A DNA stretch of 64,000 nt. Source: an uncultured Bacilli bacterium (GTDB taxonomy: Bacteria; Bacillota_I; Bacilli_A; RF39; UBA660). The DNA lies in the NCBI GenBank assembly GCA_944359625.1, contig CALVSW010000001.1:29192-93191 (forward strand), read 5' to 3'. The number at the start of each line of letters is the position of its first letter. The first letter of the stretch is position 1. Position numbers and translations under genes: made by a program. Under the pieces are notes generated by a model. That model had not been told where the DNA came from, made no database searches, and saw only the letters and a program-made list of their open reading frames with translations. Shown piece by piece: positions 37,702 through 46,706 of the stretch.

Positions 37702-39012
37702 ATGCGAAAATGTGTTTGTTTAATTGGACGACCAAATGTTGGTAAGTCTACTATATTTAATCGTTTAATTGGCGAATCGAAGTCTATAATTCTTGATACT
37801 CCGGGTATAACTAGAGACCGTATATATGGAAATGTTCATTATAATGATCGTGATTTTCTTTTAATAGATACTGGTGGAATTGATTTAGGAGCAGGTGATT
37901 TTAATAAAGATATTGAGGCTCAATGTGAAATTGCTATCGATGAGGCTGATTTAATTGTTTTTGTTGTTGATGGTCGTAGTGAGTTAAATCAAAATGACTA
38001 TTATATAAGAGATATGTTAAAAAAATCTGGTAAAAAGGTTATTATTGCTGCTAATAAATTAGATAATCCTAAAATGCAAGAAGAAATATATAATTTTTAT
38101 GAATTAGGATTTCCATGTATTATTCCAGTAAGTGCTAGTCATAATATTGGCTTTGGTGACTTATTAGATGAGATTATAAAAAATATTCCTAGTAATGTAC
38201 CAGATTTTGATACTTCTTTAAAGTTTTGCGTAATTGGTCGTCCAAATGTTGGTAAGAGTAGTTTAATAAATGCTCTTTTAAATGAAAATCGTAGTATAGT
38301 TAGTAATATTGCTGGGACTACAAGGGATGCAATTGATACAAAATTTAAATATAATAATAGAGATTTTACTGTTATTGATACTGCTGGCATGCGTAAAAAA
38401 GGAAAAGTTTATGAAGCTATTGAAAAATATAGTATGATAAGAAGTTTACGAGCAATTGAAAGATCAGATGTATGTGTTGTTGTTATTAGTGCTCTTGATG
38501 GAATTATTGAACATGATAAACATATTGTATCGTATGCTCTAGAATTAGGTAAGGCAATTGTTTTAGTAGTTAACAAGTGGGATACTATTGATGATCCAAA
38601 TACTGCTATTAAAAAATGGACGACTGATATTCAAAATAATTTTCAATTTATTCCCTATGTTAAACCAGTATTTCTAAGTGCTTTAACCAAAAAAAGAATT
38701 CATATGTTAATGCCTGCCATTATTACAGCTTATGATAACGCTACAAGAGAGATAAAGACAAGTACTTTAAATGATGTTATTTCTAATGCAGTATTAATGC
38801 ACGAACCACCATCTTATAAAGGGAGAAGATTAAAAATATATTTTGTTAGTCAAACGGGTATTAGACCTCCTAAGTTTACTTTTGATGTTAATGATAAAGG
38901 TTTAATTCATTTTAGTTATGAAAGATATTTAGAAAATAGAATTAGAGAAAATTTTGAGTTAGATGGGACACCAATTATATTACAATTTAAAAATAAAGGT
39001 GAAAAAGAATAA
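37702..39012 (+). CDS. der: Ribosome-biogenesis GTPase Der (EngA)
   Basis: Two G-domains (GRPNVGKSTIFN...DTGG; GRPNVGKSSLIN...DTAG, NKWD) plus a KH-like C-terminus. Confidence 0.95.
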   Translation: MRKCVCLIGRPNVGKSTIFNRLIGESKSIILDTPGITRDRIYGNVHYNDRDFLLIDTGGIDLGAGDFNKDIEAQCEIAIDEADLIVFVVDGRSELNQNDYYIRDMLKKSGKKVIIAANKLDNPKMQEEIYNFYELGFPCIIPVSASHNIGFGDLLDEIIKNIPSNVPDFDTSLKFCVIGRPNVGKSSLINALLNENRSIVSNIAGTTRDAIDTKFKYNNRDFTVIDTAGMRKKGKVYEAIEKYSMIRSLRAIERSDVCVVVISALDGIIEHDKHIVSYALELGKAIVLVVNKWDTIDDPNTAIKKWTTDIQNNFQFIPYVKPVFLSALTKKRIHMLMPAIITAYDNATREIKTSTLNDVISNAVLMHEPPSYKGRRLKIYFVSQTGIRPPKFTFDVNDKGLIHFSYERYLENRIRENFELDGTPIILQFKNKGEKE

Positions 39013-39053
39013 CATAAATAAGTTATATTCATATATTAAAATAGGTGAATATA

Positions 39054-39296
39054 ATGAATTTAAGTGATGATTTTTTTAAGAAAGTAGAAAAGAAAACTAA
39101 TGTAGATAAAGATACTATTTTATCTTTAGCTGATAAGCTTAATAAAGGAAATTTAAAAGATGAAAATACTTTACGAGAAGTTATTAAAACACTTTCTAAA
39201 ATGACAGGTAAGAATGTATCTCAAGATAAAGAAGATAAAATAGTAGATACTATTTTAAAGGATAAAGTTCCTAAAAATGTTGAAAAAATGTTCTAA
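39054..39296 (+). CDS. spoVIF: Stage VI sporulation protein F-like
   Basis: FFKKVEKKTNVDKDTILSLADKLNKGNLKDENTLREVIKTLSKMTGKNVSQDKEDKIVDTI parallels B. subtilis SpoVIF as recalled from memory. Confidence 0.65.
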   Translation: MNLSDDFFKKVEKKTNVDKDTILSLADKLNKGNLKDENTLREVIKTLSKMTGKNVSQDKEDKIVDTILKDKVPKNVEKMF

Positions 39297-39301
39297 TTTA
39301 A

Positions 39302-39330
39302 TTGACAAAGAATAATTTTAGAACTAAAAT
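39302..39330 (+). promoter_or_regulatory. SigA-type promoter of the Thr T-box leader
   Basis: TTGACA (39302-39307), 17 nt spacer, TAAAAT (39325-39330). Confidence 0.7.
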
Positions 39331-39336
39331 ATGTTT

Positions 39337-39533
39337 AAAGATTTGATTAGGACAAGATTATTAAAAGATTATTAAAGAGAGTTAGTGGTTGGTGGAAACT
39401 AATATATATATTTTAATAATTACTACCTATGAATTTGCTATTAAAAGTAGCACGGGTAACTCCGTTATCATAATTAAGTAATAATAAGGATGGTACCGCA
39501 TCATTTGCTCCTTTGGCAAGTGGTGCTTTTTTT
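39337..39533 (+). promoter_or_regulatory. T-box riboswitch leader, threonine specifier (ACU/ACC)
   Basis: AGAGAG (39376-39381) and distal loop GGTTGGTGGAAAC. Tandem Thr codons ACU-ACC at 39422-39427 in the specifier-loop position. T-box AAGGATGGTACCGC (39487-39499). Terminator gcatcatttgc/ggcaagtggtgc plus T7 (39498-39533). Confidence 0.85.
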
Positions 39534-39546
39534 AAGGAGTTGAGTT

Positions 39547-39642
39547 ATGGATTATACACAAGAATTAGAAATTTTAAAAAAAGAATTATTTGATGTTAAT
39601 ATGAGATTAAAAACAGTTAATAATGACGAAGAAAAAAAATAA
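39547..39642 (+). CDS. Possible small ORF (31 aa) between the T-box terminator and thrS. May continue in another frame after an A8 run.
   Basis: RBS aaggag upstream of ATG 39547. Translation MDYTQELEILKKELFDVNMRLKTVNNDEEKK, with the stop right after an A8 run. Confidence 0.3.
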   Translation: MDYTQELEILKKELFDVNMRLKTVNNDEEKK

Positions 39643-39740
39643 GTTATTAAAATTAAAAGAAGAAATAAAACAAAGTATGGCAAAAATAATGATTGCTAAA
39701 GAATTAAATAAAGATGATTTTAATAGAAGAGGTATAGAAT

Positions 39741-41492
39741 ATGATAAATATAAAAGAAGATAAAGAGTTAAGTGTATTAAACCATTCTTGTGCTCATTTA
39801 CTTGCACAAGCTGTAAAACATTTATATCCAGATGCTAAGTTTTGGGTTGGACCTGTAATTGAAGATGGTTTTTATTATGATATTGATTTAGGAGATAAAA
39901 AAATTAGTGATGAAGATATAAGTGCTATTGAAAAAGAAATGAAAAAAATAGCTAAAGATGGCAAGAAAATTGTTAGGCATGAATTATCTAAAAGTGAAGC
40001 ATTAGAAATGTTTAAAGATGACCCATATAAAATTGATTTAATAAATAATATGAGTGATGATGAAGTAATTTCTTGTTATACTCAAGGTGATTTTACAGAT
40101 TTATGTCGTGGACCTCATGTTGAATCTGTTAAATTGCTTAAAAATTTTAAATTAACTAAGTTTAGTGGTGCTTATTATAAGGGTGATGCTAATAACAAGA
40201 TGCTTCAAAGAATTTATGGTGTTTGTTTCTTTACTAAAGAAGATTTAGATAGTTATTTAGAAGAATTAGAAAGTGCTAAAGAAAGAGATCATCGTAAATT
40301 AGGAAAAGACTTAGAAATATTTATGAGCGATGATTTAGTTGGTAGAGGATTACCTATGTTTTTACCAAATGGTTATATTATTTGGCAAGAATTAGAAAAC
40401 TATATTAAAAATAAAGAAAAGAAGTTGGGATATCAACATGTTATGACTCCTTGTGTTGGTAATGTTGAATTATATAAAACTTCAGGTCACTGGGATCATT
40501 ATAAAGAAAATATGTTTCCTAAAATGGAAGTTGATGGTGAAGAGTTTGTATTACGTCCAATGAACTGCCCTCATCATATGATGATATTTAAAAATAAATT
40601 ACATTCTTATAAAGATTTACCAGTTAGAATAGCCGAAATTGCTCATGATTTTAGATATGAAGCATCTGGTGCTTTAAAAGGAATTGAACGTGCTAGACAT
40701 TTCTGTCAAAATGATTCCCATATCTTTGTAACTCCGGAACAAATTAAAGATGAATTTAAAGGAGTGGTGGATTTAATTTTTGATGTTTATAAAGATTTTA
40801 ATATTACTAATTATCATTGTGTCTTATCCCTAAGAGATCCAGAAGATAAAACAAAGTATTATCCAGATGATGAAATGTGGAATAAAGCTGAAAATAATTT
40901 ACGTCAAGTATTAAAAGATATAGGTATATCTTATACCGAAGAAATTGGTGAAGCAGCATTCTATGGGCCTAAATTAGATGTTAATGTAAAACCTGCTGTT
41001 GGTAACGAATATACTTTATCGACATGTCAATTAGATTTTTGCCTACCTGCCAAATTTGATTTAAAATATATTGATAAAGATGGTACTGCTAAAACACCAG
41101 TAGTTTTACATCGTGCTATCCTTGGTTCATTAGATCGTTTTATGGCTTATTTATTAGAAGAAACTAAAGGGGTTTTACCATTATGGTTAAGTCCTATTCA
41201 AGTTAATATTATACCAGTTAATAATGAATATCATTTAGATTATGCTAATAAAGTTAATAATTTATTAATAGATAATAATATAAGAACTAACTTGGATGAC
41301 AGAGATGAAAAAGTTGGGTATAAATTAAGAGAAGGCGTTATGAAAAAGATTTTATACACTTTAGTTTTAGGAGATAATGAAAAAGCTAATAATACTATTA
41401 CATATCGTAAATATGGAACTGAAGATAAAGTAACTATTTCTTTAGATGAATTTGTTAAAATGATTAAAGATGAAATACAAAGTAAAAAATAA
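39741..41492 (+). CDS. thrS: Threonine--tRNA ligase (short form, no N-terminal TGS domain)
   Basis: LNHSCAHLLAQAVK (editing/SAD domain), RDHRKLGKDLEIF, RPMNCPHH, FRYEASGAL.GIERAR, class II motif 3 and anticodon-binding C-terminus. 583 aa. Confidence 0.95.
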   Translation: MINIKEDKELSVLNHSCAHLLAQAVKHLYPDAKFWVGPVIEDGFYYDIDLGDKKISDEDISAIEKEMKKIAKDGKKIVRHELSKSEALEMFKDDPYKIDLINNMSDDEVISCYTQGDFTDLCRGPHVESVKLLKNFKLTKFSGAYYKGDANNKMLQRIYGVCFFTKEDLDSYLEELESAKERDHRKLGKDLEIFMSDDLVGRGLPMFLPNGYIIWQELENYIKNKEKKLGYQHVMTPCVGNVELYKTSGHWDHYKENMFPKMEVDGEEFVLRPMNCPHHMMIFKNKLHSYKDLPVRIAEIAHDFRYEASGALKGIERARHFCQNDSHIFVTPEQIKDEFKGVVDLIFDVYKDFNITNYHCVLSLRDPEDKTKYYPDDEMWNKAENNLRQVLKDIGISYTEEIGEAAFYGPKLDVNVKPAVGNEYTLSTCQLDFCLPAKFDLKYIDKDGTAKTPVVLHRAILGSLDRFMAYLLEETKGVLPLWLSPIQVNIIPVNNEYHLDYANKVNNLLIDNNIRTNLDDRDEKVGYKLREGVMKKILYTLVLGDNEKANNTITYRKYGTEDKVTISLDEFVKMIKDEIQSKK

Positions 41493-41566
41493 ATTATAGG
41501 TATTATTTATCTATAATAATATTATTTATTAATTATAGTATAATAGTTATAGAAAGTAGGAATTAT

Positions 41567-42094
41567 ATGTTAGAAGTCTTTGGTGCTATATTTATTATTG
41601 TAATAGGATGTCTTAGTCATTTTTTATATGATTGGACTCATCATAATAAATTAGTAGGTTATTTTACAGCTGTTAATGAATCAACTTGGGAACATTTAAA
41701 ATTAGTTATTGCCCCAACATTTTTATGGTTAATTGTTGAATATCATTTTTATTATGATAATCCTAACTTATTTTTTGCTCGTTTTATAAGTTTAATAGTT
41801 ATGTTATTAGTTATTCCTTTTATATTTTATTCATATACTCATGTTACTAAAAAACCAATATTATTTATAGATATTAGTAGTTTTATTGTTTCTATTATTA
41901 TTGGACAATTAGTATTTAGTAAATTAATAACTATACCAAATAGTAACTTAGTTTTAACTCATATTGGTATTATAGGTTTAATTATTATCTTTTTAATTTA
42001 TATAACTCGTACTTATGTTCCAACAATGAACTTTTTACATAAAGATCCAATTACTAATAAATATGGGATAGAAGGGCATTTCGATGATAAATAA
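41567..42094 (+). CDS. Hypothetical multi-pass membrane protein
   Basis: 175 aa, about 5 hydrophobic helices. Followed by terminator cttatct/agataag plus T7. Confidence 0.55.
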   Translation: MLEVFGAIFIIVIGCLSHFLYDWTHHNKLVGYFTAVNESTWEHLKLVIAPTFLWLIVEYHFYYDNPNLFFARFISLIVMLLVIPFIFYSYTHVTKKPILFIDISSFIVSIIIGQLVFSKLITIPNSNLVLTHIGIIGLIIIFLIYITRTYVPTMNFLHKDPITNKYGIEGHFDDK

Positions 42095-42157
42095 AATCTT
42101 ATCTAATAAAAAAGATAAGTTTTTTTATGGTATAATCTACTTGAAGTAGGTGCATTT

Positions 42158-43189
42158 ATGAAATCATATTATGATAAATTAGATAATAAAATTAAAGAAT
42201 ATTTTAATATTTTAGAACCAGATTTTCCAAATTGGTTAGATGATTATATTAATACTAAAGAAATGTTAAAACAAAAGTATACAAGTCTTTCATGTGGGAC
42301 AATATATTCCGATTTATTTAAGAGTACTTTCTTTTATTCTAATCTGGATCACTCAATTGCTGTGGCATTAATTGTTTGGCATTTTACTCATGATAAAAAA
42401 CAAACATTAGCAGGCTTATTTCACGATATATCAACACCATGTTTTAAACATTGTATCGACTTTTTAAATGGCGATTATATGAATCAAGAGTCCATAGAAG
42501 ATTTGACTACAGATGTAATTAAAAATTCTAAAGAAATAATGACTTTATTAAAAAGAGATAAAATTGATTTAACAGAGGTTGATAATTATCATATTTATCC
42601 AATTGCTGATAACGATAGTCCAAAACTAGCAGCAGATAGATTAGAATGTTTTTTCTCTAATGGGTTAATAACCTATGAAATAATAGATATTGAGAAAGTT
42701 AAAGAAATTTATAATGATTTAGAAATACAAAAGAATGAGGATAATCAAATTGAATTAGGATTTAAAACTAAAAAAATAGCTAGAGAATTAGTAAAATATA
42801 ATAATATGTTATCTACAATCTATCATGAAGATAAGACAAGATATTCTATGCAATTTATTGCTGATATTATAAAATTATTAAATAAAGATAATTTAATTAA
42901 AATAAGTGATTTATATAATTTAAAAGAAAGTGAAGTTATTGAAATAATATTAAAGTCTAAGTATAAAGATGTATTTAATAAATGGTTAAAAGCGAAAAAA
43001 GTTAATGTATCTAAAACAGAACCAAAAGGAGTATATTATGTTCATCATCCTGCTAAAATAAGATATATTAATCCCTTATATAATGGTGTAAGAATATCTA
43101 ATGCTTGTAAAATAGCTAAGAAAATGATAGATAAGAATTTATCTTATGATATGACTAATTATGTATATTTAGATTTTAGTTTAGAATAA
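42158..43189 (+). CDS. HD-domain phosphohydrolase family protein
   Basis: LDHSIAVALIVWHF...LAGLFHDISTPCFKHCID shows the H...HD...D pattern. 343 aa. Confidence 0.65.
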   Translation: MKSYYDKLDNKIKEYFNILEPDFPNWLDDYINTKEMLKQKYTSLSCGTIYSDLFKSTFFYSNLDHSIAVALIVWHFTHDKKQTLAGLFHDISTPCFKHCIDFLNGDYMNQESIEDLTTDVIKNSKEIMTLLKRDKIDLTEVDNYHIYPIADNDSPKLAADRLECFFSNGLITYEIIDIEKVKEIYNDLEIQKNEDNQIELGFKTKKIARELVKYNNMLSTIYHEDKTRYSMQFIADIIKLLNKDNLIKISDLYNLKESEVIEIILKSKYKDVFNKWLKAKKVNVSKTEPKGVYYVHHPAKIRYINPLYNGVRISNACKIAKKMIDKNLSYDMTNYVYLDFSLE

Positions 43190-43247
43190 TAATGTAAAGT
43201 TTATAACTTTATGTTAAAATTAAATTATCATATGGAGGTGTGAGAGT

Positions 43248-43541
43248 TTGAAGAAATTTTTAATGATTATTGGAGGTATATTTTTGTTTTTAGTGGTAGC
43301 TTTTATAGCTTTATTCTTAATAATATCTGCTACATCTAAAAAACTTGTTTGTAAATCAAATGAGGGTAATATTACAATCATGTATAATGATAAAACTATA
43401 AGTGGTTATACTGCTAATGGATTATCTTATGACTTAGATGGTCAAAAAAAGTATGCTGAAGAAATAGGAATTGATGCTTATATTGAAGAATTTTCAACAA
43501 TGTTTAGCAATAAAACAGCTGGTAGTTGTTCTAAAGAATAA
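43248..43541 (+). CDS. Small single-pass membrane-anchored protein
   Basis: TTG start behind RBS ggaggtg. N-terminal TM FLMIIGGIFLFLVVAFIALFLII. 97 aa. Own terminator ttaac-aatttc-gttaa plus T-run downstream. Confidence 0.5.
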   Translation: MKKFLMIIGGIFLFLVVAFIALFLIISATSKKLVCKSNEGNITIMYNDKTISGYTANGLSYDLDGQKKYAEEIGIDAYIEEFSTMFSNKTAGSCSKE

Positions 43542-43591
43542 TTATATATAAAATTATTAACAATTTCGTTAATAGTTTTTTTATAAATTTA

Positions 43592-43620
43592 TAGACAACA
43601 ATAAAAATATTTATTACAAT
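43592..43620 (+). promoter_or_regulatory. SigA-type promoter driving the retron ncRNA and RT
   Basis: TAGACA (43592-43597), 17 nt spacer, TACAAT (43615-43620). The predicted transcription start falls at the a1 repeat. Confidence 0.6.
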
Positions 43621-43625
43621 GAAAT

Positions 43626-43792
43626 TGCAGTAGCGATTGGATTGTTATCCTACTTTAACGATTCGTTAAGGGACTATTTAAGTTATAGATATTAAATAGT
43701 AATACTTCAAAGGACTATTCTACACGTTGTGTAGTCGCTTCGTTTTACTCCGCTACAGTCCATTTACGTATTACGATATCATTAGTACTGCA
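43626..43792 (+). ncRNA. Retron non-coding RNA (msr-msd)
   Basis: Terminal inverted repeats TGCAGTA (43626-43632) and TACTGCA (43786-43792), a1/a2-like. G residues in a UAGCG context directly 3' of a1. Internal hairpins: ggat/atcc (43639-43650), ttaacg/cgttaa (43655-43669), ctatttaa/ttaaatag (43674-43699), ctacac/gtgtag (43720-43734), ggact/agtcc (43712-43761). Lies immediately upstream of the RT RBS. Confidence 0.7.
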
Positions 43793-43808
43793 TTTAGGAG
43801 GTAGTAAA

Positions 43809-44768
43809 ATGTGGAAATATATTGGTGTTAAAGAATGCAATGAATTTTTACTATCTCTTAATTTATTAAATTGTAAAGATGAAAAAAAATATATTAAAAC
43901 AATATATTCTTTAAGTAATAATATTGAAAATAATTATAAAATATATAATATTAAAAAGAAAAATGGTAAATTAAGAAAAATATATGAACCAAATGGCATT
44001 TTAAAACACATTCAAAGAAAAATATTAGAAAATATTTTAAATAATAAAAGTATATCTATATATGCTAAAGCATATCATAAAGGGTTATCTTTAAAAGATA
44101 ATGCTTTGCCACATATTAATAAAGATATGATTTTAAAACTAGATATAAAAGATTTTTTTGAAAGTATTTCTTTTTTAAATATTTATGAAAGTTGTTTTTC
44201 AATTGAGTATTTTCCTAAATCTGTAGGAATGATTTTAACTTATTTATGCACATATGATGATCATTTAACCCAAGGTTCACCGACATCTGCTTATATCTCT
44301 AATTTAGTTATGAAAGAATTTGATGAATATATAGGTAATTGGTGTACTACTAATAATATTACTTATACAAGATATTCTGATGATATGACTTTTTCAGGTA
44401 ACTTTAATTCTAGTGAAGTAATTAATTTAGTTCGTAATAATCTAGGTAAGTTAGGTTTAGAACTTAATAAAGATAAAATACATGTAATTAAAAAATCCTT
44501 TAGACAAAGTGTTACTGGGATAGTAGTTAATGAAAAAGTTCAAGTAAATATAACCTATAGAAGAGATATAAGACAGGAAATGTATTATATAAATAAATAC
44601 GGCTTAAAAAATCATTTGAAAGTAAAGAATATAAAAATGAATCATAAGAATTATTTAAATAAGTTATATGGAAAAATATTATATGTATTACAAGTAAATA
44701 ATAATGATAAAGAATTTATAGAATATAAAGAAATAATTAAAAAGTTAAAAGAAACCTCTAATTTATAA
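43809..44768 (+). CDS. Retron-type reverse transcriptase
   Basis: LRKIYEPNGILKHIQRKI, LDIKDFFESI, QGSPTSAYISNLVM, YTRYSDDMTFSG (YxDD) and the retron-diagnostic SVTGIVVNEK segment. 319 aa, no extra fused domain. Confidence 0.9.
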   Translation: MWKYIGVKECNEFLLSLNLLNCKDEKKYIKTIYSLSNNIENNYKIYNIKKKNGKLRKIYEPNGILKHIQRKILENILNNKSISIYAKAYHKGLSLKDNALPHINKDMILKLDIKDFFESISFLNIYESCFSIEYFPKSVGMILTYLCTYDDHLTQGSPTSAYISNLVMKEFDEYIGNWCTTNNITYTRYSDDMTFSGNFNSSEVINLVRNNLGKLGLELNKDKIHVIKKSFRQSVTGIVVNEKVQVNITYRRDIRQEMYYINKYGLKNHLKVKNIKMNHKNYLNKLYGKILYVLQVNNNDKEFIEYKEIIKKLKETSNL

Positions 44769-44879
44769 CAAAGGTTCCTTTTTTATTACATTTACATTGT
44801 ACCATATTTTAGTTACAATTTAAAGTCTTGTAATTAAACTGATTATGAGTAAAATGCGCTTATGAGGTGGTTTATATAT

Positions 44880-46612
44880 ATGAAAGAATTTTTTAAAAAT
44901 ATTAAATTCGTTTGGAAATATGCTAAAAGTGAGAAAAGAAGGATAATTATTTATTTTTTATTAAGTATAGTTGGTGTTATATCAAGTATAATTTATCCGT
45001 TTATTTCAGCAAGAATTATTGTTAATTTAACTAGTAATCAAATAAATCAATTTATATTTATGGGCTTTATTTTATTTACAGCATATATGATAAACGATAC
45101 ATTATCTTATTTTAAAAGTAAATTATATGAAAAAATATTTAGACAGATATATATTAATATTCAAACTAATCTAGGGCTGAAATATTAAAATTAAGTAATA
45201 AAACTTTAGAAGAAAATGGTTCAGGAGTATTTATTCAAAGACTAGTAGGTAATACTAAAAGAATTTCAACAATATTTACAGATTTAAATAGATATGTTGA
45301 TGGAATTATATCCAATATCGGTATAATGGTAACTTATTTTATTTTAAGTAAAGTAATGTTTTTCTTTATTTTAATTGCTTTTACAATAAGATTTACAATA
45401 GAAATATTAAGAATCAATACATATAATAAAAATGATAAAGAATATCGTAAAAATAATGATGCTTTAACAGGATTTACTAGTGAAATTGTTCGTGGGGCAG
45501 AAGATATTAAAATGTTTAATGGTGAGACTAGCTTTTTAACTGAATTAAAAAGAAGATTTGAAAATTTAAATAATGAAAAGTATGGAATGGAAAATACTAA
45601 TTTATCCTTTTTGCTATGTAGATGGTATTGGAACCAAATTTCATATTTTTTAATGATTGTGATTGTTGGTTTATTAGTAAAGAATGGTAGCATAGAAATA
45701 GCTACGGCAGTTGTTTTATTTAATTTTGGTAATAGATACAACAGTCTAGTAGGTTATATTACTGGATTTCATGAATTAGTAAAAGAATTTAATTTATCGG
45801 CTACAAGAATATTTGATATTTTTGAGGATAAAAATTATGAAAAAGAAGTATTTGGTAATACACATTTAGATAAGATTAACGGTGATTTTGAGTTTAAAAA
45901 TGTGTCTTTTAAGTATGATGCTAGTAATGTCTTAAATAATTTAAATTTTAAAGTAAATGCTAATGAAACAGTTGCTTTTGTTGGTAAAAGTGGTGCTGGA
46001 AAAACAACAATTTTTAATCTTTTATGTAAGATGTATGATAATTATGAAGGTCTTATTACAATAGATGGTATTAATATAAAAGAATTAGATAAAGATTCTA
46101 TTAGAGGTAATATTACTATTGTTAGTCAAAATCCTTATATATTTAATATGAGTATAAAAGATAATTTAAAACTAGTTAAAAATAACCTTACTGATAAAGA
46201 AATGAAGGAAGCTTGTAAAATGGCTTGTTTAGATGATTTTATTGAGTCTTTACCTAATAAATACGATACGATAGTCGGAGAAGGTGGAATTAATTTATCT
46301 GGTGGGCAAAAACAACGTTTAGCAATAGCACGTGCCTTTGTTCAAAAAACCGAAATAATTCTTTTTGATGAAGCTACTAGTGCTTTAGATAATGAAACCC
46401 AAGCTAAAATTCAGCAAGCAATATATAATTTGCAAAAAGAATATACAATATTAATTATTGCCCATCGCTTATCTACTATTAAAAGTGCTGATAGAATTTT
46501 AGTTTTAGATAATGGAAATATTGTAGGTGAGGGAACACATACTAAATTACTAAAAACTTGCAAATTATATAAAGAACTATACGAAAATGAAATAATTAAT
46601 ATTGATAATTAA
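44880..46612 (+). pseudogene. ABC exporter (fused TMD-NBD, MsbA/bacteriocin-exporter type) interrupted by a frameshift near 45170-45185
   Basis: The N-terminal TMD part (44880-45188) stops at TAA 45186. The frame beginning about 45170 continues (A)EILKLSNKTLEENGSGVFIQRL... through Walker A GKSGAGKTT, LSGGQKQR and ILFDEATSALD. One missing nt near GGG 45174-45176 would restore a single ORF. Confidence 0.75.
45384..46600 (+). repeat. Direct repeat copy A (ABC exporter 3' two-thirds)
   Basis: Near-identical to 49312-50528 (offset 3928 nt). Long runs matched wherever compared. Confidence 0.85.
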
Positions 46613-46706
46613 CCTATAAAATACTTTACATTCTATATCGTTGATTTTAGTTGTAACTCAATATAAGTGTTATAATATAAATTGTAAATATTATAGGTGA
46701 TGTAGT

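Noticed and set aside
39547-39763. The small ORFs upstream of thrS as a degraded TGS domain
   Set aside because: The sequence is predicted to be helical coiled coil (heptad-like K/E/L pattern), unlike the beta-grasp TGS fold.
43809-44768. The RT considered as a group II intron maturase, DGR RT or Abi-type RT
   Set aside because: It has no maturase X or endonuclease domains, and no flanking intron RNA domains V/VI are evident. I found no template/variable repeat pair. Its size and the VTG-containing motif fit retron RTs, and the upstream a1/a2 inverted repeats fit an msr/msd.
45334-45741. 135-aa minus-strand ORF (and its twin at 49349-49669) antisense to the ABC exporter copies
   Set aside because: It lies fully inside a strongly supported + strand ABC coding region. 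It has a Lys/Leu/Phe-rich composition typical of antisense reading of AT-rich genes. It is duplicated only because the underlying ABC sequence is duplicated.
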